A stretch of DNA of 40,724 bases from a virus (taxonomy: Duplodnaviria; Heunggongvirae; Uroviricota; Caudoviricetes). This document shows, piece after piece, positions 16,686 to 25,727 of the stretch. Where the stretch lies: positions 1 to 40,724 of IMG/VR virus record IMGVR_UViG_2565956726_000012; one strand, written 5' to 3'. Position numbers and translations under genes: made by a program. Each line of letters starts with the position of its first letter. Within the stretch, counting starts at the first letter, position 1. The notes below the pieces were generated by a model. It had not been told where the DNA came from and ran no database searches. It saw only the letters and a list, made by a program, of their open reading frames with translations.

Positions 16686-19156
16686 CAGAATCCCCCAACA
16701 GTAAGGCGAGGAATAACGGCAAGAACAGACAGCGGCAACGGATCAAGCTGACGGATTTTTACACGCCCGTTTTTGCCCCAGTTACTGTCCAGTTTCACTT
16801 CTACTTTTCCGGTAGCATCATCAACAGGATCATCGTAGAACTCGAATTCACGCTGTGGATATTCGTACCATTTACCGCCGGGCGTAGTCGCCCAGATGCC
16901 GCGACTGGCATTCACAACCAGAGTAACGGAGGGGATCACCTGTTTTTTGTCCAGCAGCGTTTCCTGTCCGTTAATGTTGATATCCAGTGTTTCGAATTCA
17001 GCAGTTATTGGCAGGCCGATGTGCACTACAGCCCCCGGAGATTCCAGCGTGACGGCACCTCCGGAAACCACTTTCTGTGGTTCCACGTTCGCATCAGAGA
17101 GAATGTTTACGGTCTGGCCTTCAAGATGAGACAGGCCTCCAAATGTCCGGCGCGCCATCTGCCAGTTCGTGGTAGCCACATTCCTGAGGGATGGCGGGAC
17201 GTTCCTGTTAGCACGAACCACTACAGCGGTATTGCTGGTTACAGAAATGATGTCGCAACGTAATTCTTTTGACACTTCATCGCCAGTATCAGGATCAGTT
17301 CCGGTATAAGGGAACTGTAGTTGAGCACCGACATCACTACTGGTGAAGTACGCACCACCAGAAACACTGATTGTATATTCCGCGCGGTAATCCCATTCGC
17401 CAGAACCACCAGTGACGATCATCGTTCTGTCAGACGTATTTCTTCCATCATAGCTAAGGCCAGAATCAACAAAGAAAGCATCTTCATCGCTGGTAAATAA
17501 ACGGCTGGACAGTCGCTCTATGTATCTCACTGTTTGCCCGTTAACGGTTCGGTTAACGACGAAATACACCGCATCTTCATTGCCTTCGCTGATACTGCAT
17601 GTGCTTTCATATTTTCCGGTACTGGATTGTGGTGCCCATGCAAAAACCTGCTGATCACGCAAATAGGTCATCACCAGTAATTTACCGTCATCACGAATGC
17701 AGAAGGCGCTGGAGTAAGGGACAATCGAGAAGCACCAGTCAACAATGCTGTGCTTCTGAAAAAGATGATTGGCAAGGATGGTCAGGTCGTTCCCCTGATA
17801 GCCGTCAACATCGAATGAGTAGGCCAGATCACGGACAACACTGCCTTTCTCCTGGACGAACAGAGCAATATTCGCCACGGCAATTGGTGGGACATTGCTC
17901 GAGCCATTTGATCCCTGAGAGCTGAATGCAAATGATGATGGGGTAAGCACTTTGTTCTGGTCGCCAGTGATGACGTACTCACCTCCGGAAGTCAGCGCCA
18001 CCAGCGAACCAACATCAATCAGGTGACGGATCTCATTAACCTGACGCCCGGCATAGGTGTAGATAATTCTGTCGTCATCCTGCGTAGGATTGCTTTTGCC
18101 AAAATCCTTATAATCCCCGGTACGGCTGGCCCAGATAGTCTGAGGGAACGCAGTCGATGCGGCGAAGTAAAGGCGTTGTTGATAATAAACAACAGTGCCA
18201 GGATAACCGTTAATACTGTTCCAGGCATATTTAGCCCATTTATAGCTGGCATTATCCTCGCCAACTACCTGCGAAGGGATATAGGAAATCACCTCGGCAG
18301 TTGCAGTAGTTCCATTTGCAGCAGAGATACGGGCAATGCCAAAACCACTGTGCAGATACTCCCACTCAATGCCGGTATCATCATCACCGGATCCGCCCCA
18401 GCCATCCCATGATGTGCCTTCTGTATGCGAAGGGCGCAAAGTGCCTGTTTTGCCTGCTGTAACGGCGCGATAGTAGTTACTGTCTGCACGGCGAATATCG
18501 CCAATCGACGTACTCTTACTGGTTTCCCATACCGGCACAGAATCCACTGCAGGCTGTTCCAGATAGAACAATTTGCCTACCTGCTCCGCGCCAAAAATTG
18601 AGGCGCTTGCCGTTAACGTAATTGTCCCGGTGCTGGCGCTGGCATAAACCGTCACTGAATCGTCAATATTGATATCTTCAAATGGCCCGTTCTTCGTTAC
18701 CACATCAACCAGTTGCCAGTTGTCATGCGCATAGCGGCGCAACTCTTTCGGCGGGTATGCCGGATGAACCAGCGTAAGCACGTCTGCGCTTTGCGTGAAT
18801 TTAATTCGGTACAGATCGGCTTCAGTATATGGCGTGGCAATTTCATAAATAACATTGCTGCTGTTCAGCACCAACGCACCATCTTTGATAACGCGCATGT
18901 ACTGGTGTCCGAACTCCAGAGCATAGGTCTGAACCGTCGAGAACTGGAACGGGATCAGGCGGCATTTCCGATTTGGGTATTTGGCGGCACCGACAAAACG
19001 CGTACCAGGTCGATTCTCAACGCCGCCATACTGCCGCACGATAAAGTTATCGCACTTGCGCAATGCCACCTGGTACTTCGCCATGTCGATACGACCGTAT
19101 AACGACGGTCCAATCTCACCACCGGCAAAGCTGGGCTGGATCCAACTGATAGCCAT
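16685..19156 (-). CDS. Tail tubular protein B (nozzle, T7 gp12-like)
   Basis: 823 aa; size and operon position after tail tubular A; coupled start/stop with both neighbours. Confidence 0.7.
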   Translation of the reverse strand: MAISWIQPSFAGGEIGPSLYGRIDMAKYQVALRKCDNFIVRQYGGVENRPGTRFVGAAKYPNRKCRLIPFQFSTVQTYALEFGHQYMRVIKDGALVLNSSNVIYEIATPYTEADLYRIKFTQSADVLTLVHPAYPPKELRRYAHDNWQLVDVVTKNGPFEDINIDDSVTVYASASTGTITLTASASIFGAEQVGKLFYLEQPAVDSVPVWETSKSTSIGDIRRADSNYYRAVTAGKTGTLRPSHTEGTSWDGWGGSGDDDTGIEWEYLHSGFGIARISAANGTTATAEVISYIPSQVVGEDNASYKWAKYAWNSINGYPGTVVYYQQRLYFAASTAFPQTIWASRTGDYKDFGKSNPTQDDDRIIYTYAGRQVNEIRHLIDVGSLVALTSGGEYVITGDQNKVLTPSSFAFSSQGSNGSSNVPPIAVANIALFVQEKGSVVRDLAYSFDVDGYQGNDLTILANHLFQKHSIVDWCFSIVPYSSAFCIRDDGKLLVMTYLRDQQVFAWAPQSSTGKYESTCSISEGNEDAVYFVVNRTVNGQTVRYIERLSSRLFTSDEDAFFVDSGLSYDGRNTSDRTMIVTGGSGEWDYRAEYTISVSGGAYFTSSDVGAQLQFPYTGTDPDTGDEVSKELRCDIISVTSNTAVVVRANRNVPPSLRNVATTNWQMARRTFGGLSHLEGQTVNILSDANVEPQKVVSGGAVTLESPGAVVHIGLPITAEFETLDININGQETLLDKKQVIPSVTLVVNASRGIWATTPGGKWYEYPQREFEFYDDPVDDATGKVEVKLDSNWGKNGRVKIRQLDPLPLSVLAVIPRLTVGGF

Positions 19157-19761
19157 CAGGACAACCTCGCAATGGTAAACTCGTCAACCGGTGGCTGTGG
19201 TTCCTGTGATTCATTCTGGCTATGCGAGCCAGCACTAAGAATCACGCGATTGTACATATTGAGGGCAAACGTACCGAGGTCTGCATTCCCAGTCAGCGCC
19301 ATGTTAATAGCTGCCGCAAGACGCCAGGCCAACGCCTCCATAAAAATGGCATCAAACATGTTCACATCTGTAACGCGAGAGACATACTTGAGCCATGCCT
19401 GAGGCTGGTCTGTGTAGATCAACTTTCCTGTTCCGTCGGTGTCTGCACCAACTTCGTACTGAACGCGCATTGCTGCTGTTGGATTGCGTACACCAGGAAG
19501 CATAATTTCAGTAATGCGCAGACAATCGGACGGGTACTGGTATGCGTATTCCCAGTCTGGCGGCGGATTGCTCGTATCTGCAAGCGCCACGCGTTTGGTA
19601 GCAAAGTTCCAGTCAAAATCAGAAAGCACAGCATCACGGCAGGCCTCAAAGTGCAGCGAACATTCCCCCGCTTCCTTGCTGGCTTCCGTCAGGCTGTTAA
19701 TACTGCGGCTGTTGCCAATATTGGACAGCGCACGATTGCAGATCTCTACTACAGAGGCCAT
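19156..19761 (-). CDS. Tail tubular protein A (adaptor, T7 gp11-like)
   Basis: 201 aa; position between head genes and tail tubular B. Confidence 0.65.
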   Translation of the reverse strand: MASVVEICNRALSNIGNSRSINSLTEASKEAGECSLHFEACRDAVLSDFDWNFATKRVALADTSNPPPDWEYAYQYPSDCLRITEIMLPGVRNPTAAMRVQYEVGADTDGTGKLIYTDQPQAWLKYVSRVTDVNMFDAIFMEALAWRLAAAINMALTGNADLGTFALNMYNRVILSAGSHSQNESQEPQPPVDEFTIARLS

Positions 19762-19817
19762 AAGTTTCTATACTCCTGCAATAAAGGGGCCGAAGCCCCT
19801 TGTCTGATTCGCGAGGC

Positions 19818-20153
19818 TTACACGCCCAGTTCTTTACGCTTATCTGCGATCTTCTCGCGGAGCGTTTCTGCTTTGGCGTTATGGTGTGGCTTCTCGTTAA
19901 AGAGCAATTCGTACTCTTCACGGAGCTTATCCAGTTCACCATCATCTGACACATCGTTGATGATTTTGGTGCTGGTTGCTGCCATTGACACCTTTCCCGC
20001 TACCTTTGCTTTTGCCTGTCTGGCTGCATCGTTAACAGGTTCCAGTGCGCTACCAGGCTCACCTTCGTATTCGATTTCTGCCCCCTCCGGCCACAGAGTG
20101 TTATGGATATGAGAGAGGCGCAGAACGCGGTATCTTGGTTTCTCACCTGACAT
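19818..20153 (-). CDS. Hypothetical virion-module protein
   Basis: AAGGTG RBS before ATG 20153; between capsid-region genes and tail tubular A. Confidence 0.45.
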   Translation of the reverse strand: MSGEKPRYRVLRLSHIHNTLWPEGAEIEYEGEPGSALEPVNDAARQAKAKVAGKVSMAATSTKIINDVSDDGELDKLREEYELLFNEKPHHNAKAETLREKIADKRKELGV

Positions 20154-20163
20154 CAATATCACC

Positions 20164-20601
20164 TTAACCAGTTACTTTTGAGCGGATCGGATACGGCGTA
20201 TTGGCATCAACATCAAGATTGATACCCGCAGTGAATTTGCCAGCCGTTAGTGGGCCAGTTGCGACGGAGTAGTTAACACGCAGATATCGCTGAACACCGG
20301 CTGGCACCTTTGCAGAAACAACTCGCTTACCTGCTGTCAGGGTGGCCTTTGCCAGTGCGCCACTATCATAAATAGTGGACCATGAGCTGTTATTCTCACT
20401 CGTCTGCAACTGGATGTTTACAGTTGCCTCACCACTTGCCGTGGCGGCTTCGTTAACCAGCGCCCAAAACTCAAGCGGGTAACCCACACCGATATCGCGA
20501 CGGTTTCCGTCAATTGGACCGAGATCGATTACTTCAGTAGAAGCCGCGGTATCAGTTACCGCCTGTGCTTCGGAGAACATCAACAGTTTGTCGGTGATCA
20601 T
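20164..20601 (-). CDS. Hypothetical structural protein (possible head decoration or accessory)
   Basis: 145 aa immediately downstream of major capsid gene; GGAG RBS after stem-loop. Confidence 0.5.
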   Translation of the reverse strand: MITDKLLMFSEAQAVTDTAASTEVIDLGPIDGNRRDIGVGYPLEFWALVNEAATASGEATVNIQLQTSENNSSWSTIYDSGALAKATLTAGKRVVSAKVPAGVQRYLRVNYSVATGPLTAGKFTAGINLDVDANTPYPIRSKVTG

Positions 20602-20616
20602 CTTCTTTCTCCATTA

Positions 20617-20636
20617 GTGGGTCTGTTACGACCCAC
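20617..20636 (-). other. Stable stem-loop just after the major capsid gene (mRNA stabiliser or attenuator)
   Basis: Stem GTGGGTC/GACCCAC with 6-nt loop, no U-tract. Confidence 0.5.
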
Positions 20637-20652
20637 TGGTTAATAACAGGCG

Positions 20653-21645
20653 TTACACCACACGGGCTTCTGTTTCCAGAAGCGCATCAGTTTCACGGAT
20701 TGGTACACCACGGAATGAAGTCCACCACTCGCCTTCTGTCTCTTTTACGCTGATCGCCAGAGATGTTTTCTCCAGAGATTGCAGATCAAGAGCCTGGCCT
20801 ACAGTGCGGTTCATGTAGAACACCGGGCGACCCATTCCACGGTTTGGAATGCGATGCAGTGCTTTAACCATCAACTTCGCAATATTTGCGGCAGAGGAAG
20901 GTTCTGAAAGATTGCTGACATCGATGTTTGCAATGCGAACAACATAACGCCAGTCACGCAGAGCAAGTCCGTTGTCCCATTTGTAATGGGTGCGATAGCC
21001 TTCGTACTTGCCGCCATTAGCATCTTCCAGTGTCACCTGGCCTTTATCTTCCATCTGGATGCCAGCCTTCTGCCCTTTCGGGAAGATGCCATGCACGGTG
21101 TTTTCGCCCCACACCACTAACCAGATTGAGGTGTTATCTGTACCCGTGCCACCAGCATCAATGATGTTCTGAGCATTACCCGCAGACAGGCTGGAATAGC
21201 GGGAGGACAGTCCCATAAACTGCTGAGGGTTAACGCTGGAATCACCATAAAACAGTGTCTGCGCCATCTGCTGATTCATCGCTTCAATAAATGCGCGGTC
21301 TTCAGACAGGCGGAATTCGGCGGTATTACCGTTCAGATCAGCCAGTGACTTATCGACTTCAGCATAGGTTTCCAGCATGCCAACGGAATCGGTGACCTGC
21401 ACTGTGGTTGATTTGCTTGGCTGTACACCATAGTTCAGCAAACGCCAGGTAGCTGAAGGTAAACCAGAACGAATGGTGGTTCGGTGTCCGGTAGGAAGGT
21501 TCCCTTCGACAAAAGGCATATCCTGAAGGATCGGGTTAGTTTGACCGAGAAGCTCGATAATCTTATCGACTTTCCCGTTTGGATCGACGCGCTTACCCCA
21601 GTCAGCCAGCGTTAGCGCAGTTAAGCCTTTAACAGCCATTGTCAT
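20653..21645 (-). CDS. Major capsid protein
   Basis: 330 aa directly after scaffold gene; position and size; followed by stem-loop. Confidence 0.7.
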   Translation of the reverse strand: MTMAVKGLTALTLADWGKRVDPNGKVDKIIELLGQTNPILQDMPFVEGNLPTGHRTTIRSGLPSATWRLLNYGVQPSKSTTVQVTDSVGMLETYAEVDKSLADLNGNTAEFRLSEDRAFIEAMNQQMAQTLFYGDSSVNPQQFMGLSSRYSSLSAGNAQNIIDAGGTGTDNTSIWLVVWGENTVHGIFPKGQKAGIQMEDKGQVTLEDANGGKYEGYRTHYKWDNGLALRDWRYVVRIANIDVSNLSEPSSAANIAKLMVKALHRIPNRGMGRPVFYMNRTVGQALDLQSLEKTSLAISVKETEGEWWTSFRGVPIRETDALLETEARVV

Positions 21646-21653
21646 TTCCTCTC

Positions 21654-22355
21654 TTATTTGCCATAGAGCACTTCGGCCGCACTACGCTGGCCTTCATTAC
21701 CACCGGTGACCATGCCATCTTCAGACATCGCCTTTCCGATTTTCACGAACGTTTTGACCAGATCAGGGTGATTACCCAGCCCGGTGGTGTTCAGATATTC
21801 TTTGAGTTCAGGTGTCCCGAACTGGTCAAGCGCACGCTGTGCGGCGCTAAGGTTAGAAATCAACTTGTCGCCACCGATTTCTTTGTCAGCTTTTACATCC
21901 GCAGCCCACTGCTCGGTTGTTTTCTGCCAGGCTTCTGCCTGGCGCTGCTGAACACCTGCCAGAATCTTCGGATAAGCATCAACCAGCTTTTGCGCTTGCT
22001 CGTTGGTCAGGTTAAGTTCTCGCGCCACCGGCTCGAATTCCTTCAACGCTTCTGTATCCAGCTCTACGCCTTCGGCAGCCTGAAACTCGTACTTCTCAGG
22101 CGCACCCTCTGGTTTATCGCCGTCCTTTTTTTCATCCTGCTTATCGTTTTCAGGCTTTTTGTCATCAGCAGGTTTATCGCCATCAGCAACAGGTTGTGGC
22201 TTATCACCTTCCTGTTGTGATGGATCACCAACTGGAGCAGGGTTATCACCTGCAGGCGCTGACGGTTCTGACGCAGCCGGAGCTGCTCCACCATCGACTG
22301 GTTGCTCATTGCAAAGACGGCTATACAGCAAACGCTCAAATAAATTCATGATCAC
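21654..22355 (-). CDS. Scaffolding protein
   Basis: Acidic low-complexity N-terminus (D/K/P/E-rich), helical C-terminus; between portal and capsid. Confidence 0.65.
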   Translation of the reverse strand: MIMNLFERLLYSRLCNEQPVDGGAAPAASEPSAPAGDNPAPVGDPSQQEGDKPQPVADGDKPADDKKPENDKQDEKKDGDKPEGAPEKYEFQAAEGVELDTEALKEFEPVARELNLTNEQAQKLVDAYPKILAGVQQRQAEAWQKTTEQWAADVKADKEIGGDKLISNLSAAQRALDQFGTPELKEYLNTTGLGNHPDLVKTFVKIGKAMSEDGMVTGGNEGQRSAAEVLYGK

Positions 22356-22648
22356 TCCTGTTCACTGGCCTCTTTGGCCATCTTCAAATACTGTTCAGGG
22401 CAATGCGCCATAACGCGCTGAAACAGTTCCAGCGCCAGATTGCGTTGCCCCTCATTAAATGCCATTGCCATAGCGTCCATCGGTGAGATAGCGGAAAACA
22501 CACGGCCTTTCTCCAGCACCGACCAGACAACGCGACGCCCCTGTTCACTGCTCATGACAAAGCGAATGTCATCAATTTCACGCTGTGCCATGTCACGTTG
22601 CTTACGGGCGTTTTCTTCTTTCAGTTGATCGTCTTCGTAATCTGTCAT
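22352..22648 (-). CDS. Hypothetical head-module protein
   Basis: 98 aa; translationally coupled to portal (ATGA overlap). Confidence 0.45.
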   Translation of the reverse strand: MTDYEDDQLKEENARKQRDMAQREIDDIRFVMSSEQGRRVVWSVLEKGRVFSAISPMDAMAMAFNEGQRNLALELFQRVMAHCPEQYLKMAKEASEQE

Positions 22649-24324
22649 TGTGATTGCCCACCCTGACCACTAACTGCATTCGCCATAGCTGACAAAACAC
22701 TCGGATCCGAAGTTTTAGCTTCGCTTAGCGTCTTGGCACCCTGTGCCGCCGCCATCCCCATCGCCATCATTTGTTGCTGCTGTTGTTGCTGTGCCCGTTG
22801 CTGGCGAGCCTGCTCAACCTGTTCCTGCGGAACAATGACGGTTGGAGACACTCCGGACATATCAGCGAATGCATCGATCGCCTGATCAACGTTGAGTTTG
22901 TCGAGAGCTTCTGGTTTCGCTTGCGCAAGTTGACCAATGAAGTTAACCGTGGACGCCAGACTGGACAGGCCGATAGACTTCTGCGCCTGAGCCATGACGG
23001 AAATGTATTCGACCTTCAGGGGCATACCTTCCATCGCGTCAGGCGGTGGCGGCAGCATGTTTTTACGCACCATCATCGAGAAAGCGCGGTCAATGAGAGG
23101 GTTAAGACATTCGTCGTTCAGACGCTCCAGAACCGGCCCCAACATCAGAAGTTTTTCTTCTTTCATTTCGATCACCGCTTCAACAGGCATCGAGCGGGTA
23201 TTGATGTTCTGCAACATCATGAACAGATCGACAAAGTAGGCGCTGTTAATGATTTGACGAGTGTCCTGAATGTCTGCTACCAGATCTGCTGTACTGGGGT
23301 TAACCAGATAAGCAGGCCTGAAACCATCCTGACCAGTAATCTGATCGATATACGTGATGTCGCCAGGAAGAAGGGAGGCGCGCTGATTCTTGAGGGAAGT
23401 CGGAGCAACCATCGGCGGATTGGTGGCTTTATCAATCAACTGCGACTTGCGCTTCTGGAGAAGCTGCAATGCCTTAACAGGTCCAAGCGCCAGCATACCC
23501 GGGCATGATGATCCATAAACATCTTCGCCATTAACTTCCCAGCGCGGAGCCATAATTGGAAACTCATCAAATCCGGACTCACGCAACAACTTGTCGTTAT
23601 CGCCACCAACCTCGTAATAAACCGATTTGAATGGCTTGTTCTTGCTATCCAGCTTCGATGTATCGCGGTCAATGTTCGGGTAAACCGAATGCATCACGTC
23701 AATCCACTTCTCGTAGGTGCCGCTTTCCCACATGCTTTTTACGGATTCGCTGACGTTATTTAGCCCGAACTCCTGAACAAGCTGACGAACAGTCATAGAG
23801 AACTTGCGAAAACAGGTGTCCACACTGCCACGAGGTGAGTTAGCCAGGTAGTAACTGCCTATCGGGAATGGCATTGTGCGAATGATGTCCTCGTCATCCT
23901 CCAGCACCGCCATTGCACCAGTGCTGTATGTGCCGAGGCTTCCGTATAACTGCGGAAGAGACTGGTAGAGATTCGACTTATTGAACATATCGTTCATGCG
24001 GTTCTGCACCGCCTCGAGCCACAACTTAACAGGACCATAATCCATCATTTCAGGATCTGGCGTAGCCAGGCGAAACCACGGACGCGCAGGGCTTGTGATG
24101 CCTGACATCATGCCGCTGGCGAGAGTGCGCGCCGCCATAGTCCCGGTCGAATCAATAATGCGTGTATTGCGTCGATCGTTACGGTTGACCTCAGAAGTCA
24201 GAAAGCGGGAACCACGCGGGTTGATGTAATCACTCAACTCGCGCCAGTGCGGCTCGAACGACTGACGCTCGCTTTCAAGTTGTGCGAACTGTTTGTTCAA
24301 TCGCTCTTTAGTTGTTTCCGCCAT
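22645..24324 (-). CDS. Portal protein
   Basis: 559 aa; position after terminase; poly-Q C-terminal tail; GGAG RBS 8 nt upstream. Confidence 0.8.
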   Translation of the reverse strand: MAETTKERLNKQFAQLESERQSFEPHWRELSDYINPRGSRFLTSEVNRNDRRNTRIIDSTGTMAARTLASGMMSGITSPARPWFRLATPDPEMMDYGPVKLWLEAVQNRMNDMFNKSNLYQSLPQLYGSLGTYSTGAMAVLEDDEDIIRTMPFPIGSYYLANSPRGSVDTCFRKFSMTVRQLVQEFGLNNVSESVKSMWESGTYEKWIDVMHSVYPNIDRDTSKLDSKNKPFKSVYYEVGGDNDKLLRESGFDEFPIMAPRWEVNGEDVYGSSCPGMLALGPVKALQLLQKRKSQLIDKATNPPMVAPTSLKNQRASLLPGDITYIDQITGQDGFRPAYLVNPSTADLVADIQDTRQIINSAYFVDLFMMLQNINTRSMPVEAVIEMKEEKLLMLGPVLERLNDECLNPLIDRAFSMMVRKNMLPPPPDAMEGMPLKVEYISVMAQAQKSIGLSSLASTVNFIGQLAQAKPEALDKLNVDQAIDAFADMSGVSPTVIVPQEQVEQARQQRAQQQQQQQMMAMGMAAAQGAKTLSEAKTSDPSVLSAMANAVSGQGGQSQ

Positions 24325-24338
24325 TTCAATGACTCCGG

Positions 24339-24545
24339 TTACTGACCAAGCAGCGTTTTACCGCTGGTATTAGCGGTTGATGTGTCGCCCTGAGAACCGG
24401 TAAGCAGCGTAGAACTACGACCAGCAGCAGCGCGACGGCGACGTGTTTCTTCGTCGCGGGCATCAACAACGGCGGCATCCTGCTCCTGTGGTGCTGCCTG
24501 AACTTCTGGTGTTGCAGGCACTGATGGTGAGCTACCCATGCACAT
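24339..24545 (-). CDS. Small low-complexity ORF upstream of portal (hypothetical)
   Basis: GGAG RBS; its initiation region TCAATGACTCCG is duplicated in front of portal; coding status uncertain. Confidence 0.3.
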   Translation of the reverse strand: MCMGSSPSVPATPEVQAAPQEQDAAVVDARDEETRRRRAAAGRSSTLLTGSQGDTSTANTSGKTLLGQ

Positions 24546-24604
24546 ATCAATGACTCCGTACGCAATTAAATTATTACCAATTTAACCACATATGATTTAT
24601 TTAT

Positions 24605-24641
24605 CGTAGAAGGTTGACATTTAACGCGTGAATTATTACCT
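24605..24641. promoter_or_regulatory. TTGACA -35-like element plus operator copy C (TTACCTTTCAGGTAA)
   Basis: Identical 15-bp core to copy A; lies between portal-side operon and the tRNA island. Confidence 0.5.
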
Positions 24642-24972
24642 TTCAGGTAACTAAAGAGCTCATTCTGGTTACTAACCTGACTGGCTTGTCGTTAAATTAA
24701 ACAGGTGGAGTGAGCTTTTATTTTGAGCAGTACGGCGTATGGCACATGCGCCGATAGCGGTCTGGATACGTTTAAGGGGCACCCTCCCTTGCTCGGGCAA
24801 ACGAACCAGGTAGCCGGAATGTGCAAGTCGAGCGGTTTTATTCCGCGCACGGGGATTCACCATCCCGGCGATTCGGTGTGACGCCTCGGAAGAGACGAGG
24901 GTACAACGATGAGAGCATTTATGGAGCCGCGACAAAGTGTGGCGCCTTAACAGGCTAAGTGCTCTCAGCGTT

Positions 24973-25049
24973 GTGGCATTAGCTCAGTCGGACAGAGCAA
25001 CCGCCTTCTAAGCGGTTGGTCGCAGGTTCGAATCCTGCATGCCACGCCA
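24973..25049 (+). tRNA. tRNA-Arg (anticodon UCU), phage-borne
   Basis: 77 nt cloverleaf: 7-bp acceptor stem GTGGCAT/ATGCCAC, D-arm GCTC..GAGC, anticodon loop CTTCTAA, T-arm GCAGG-TTCGAAT-CCTGC, discriminator G plus CCA; closely resembles argU-type tRNA. Confidence 0.9.
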
Positions 25050-25092
25050 GAATCACGCCTAAGGACCGTGATGCCAGAAGTTCCAGGGGCTT

Positions 25093-25134
25093 GGCGGTGA
25101 TGGTTTCCCTTGAAGAACTATCACCGCCCTTTTT
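25093..25134 (+). terminator. Rho-independent terminator after tRNA
   Basis: Stem GGCGGTGAT/ATCACCGCC followed by CTTTTT. Confidence 0.55.
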
Positions 25135-25179
25135 ACAGCAGGACGCCATTGCGATGACTTCATGCTGTAAACCAGTACA

Positions 25180-25203
25180 GCCCGGTTCGCCGGGCATTTT
25201 TTT
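25180..25203 (+). terminator. Rho-independent terminator
   Basis: Stem GCCCGG/CCGGGC with TTCG loop followed by ATTTTTTT. Confidence 0.7.
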
Positions 25204-25214
25204 AAGGTGAGATC

Positions 25215-25637
25215 ATGAAAACAGCCGACATGCTAGCTAAATATCTAAATGAATGGCCGTGCAAATATGTACGCATTGTTCAGGGTGATGACTCAATTTT
25301 TTATGGTGTTTTTGCAGGAAATGAAATGCTTTGTGAAGCAATTCCAGGTGAGCGACTTGCCGGGTTAACGCTTAGCGATGACCATGGAATAGGAGTTACT
25401 TGCCATGACTGGATTTCAGCGCAGAAAACTGAAATGGAAAAAGGCAATGTGTTTGATATTTCTCGCGCTGTATACGCCAAAGAAAAAAGTGATGATGATT
25501 ACATGCGCGAAAACTTATACAACATGAAGTTACAATGCCTGGCTGAAGTGCTTAGTAAAAGATCTTTACTTGATGTGGTTGGTGCTGAGCAGGACGCCAA
25601 GGCAATCAACGCCGCATTCGATAAAATAACCTTCTAA
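25215..25637 (+). CDS. Hypothetical protein (140 aa) in the plus-strand island between portal and terminase
   Basis: AAGGTGA RBS 5 nt before ATG; convergent with terminase; flanked by terminators. Confidence 0.6.
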   Translation: MKTADMLAKYLNEWPCKYVRIVQGDDSIFYGVFAGNEMLCEAIPGERLAGLTLSDDHGIGVTCHDWISAQKTEMEKGNVFDISRAVYAKEKSDDDYMRENLYNMKLQCLAEVLSKRSLLDVVGAEQDAKAINAAFDKITF

Positions 25638-25641
25638 CACC

Positions 25642-25653
25642 GTGACATGTCAC
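25642..25653. repeat. Palindrome GTGACATGTCAC (copy 2)
   Basis: Exact 12-bp palindrome 5 nt after the stop at 25637. Confidence 0.8.
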
Positions 25654-25657
25654 AAAC

Positions 25658-25686
25658 AGCCAGCCGATGAGCTGGCTTTGTTTTAT
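25658..25686 (+). terminator. Rho-independent terminator in convergent intergenic region
   Basis: Stem AGCCAGC/GCTGGCT, loop CGATGA, followed by TTGTTTTAT. Confidence 0.65.
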
Positions 25687-25727
25687 CCTCATCAGAGGAT
25701 ATCAACGACATTATCCCCACCAGCGGA

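Noticed and set aside
24973-25049. tRNA-Arg as the prophage attachment site
   Set aside because: The tRNA is internal, flanked on both sides by phage structural genes, with its own promoter and terminators; the integrase is about 15 kb away at the opposite end.
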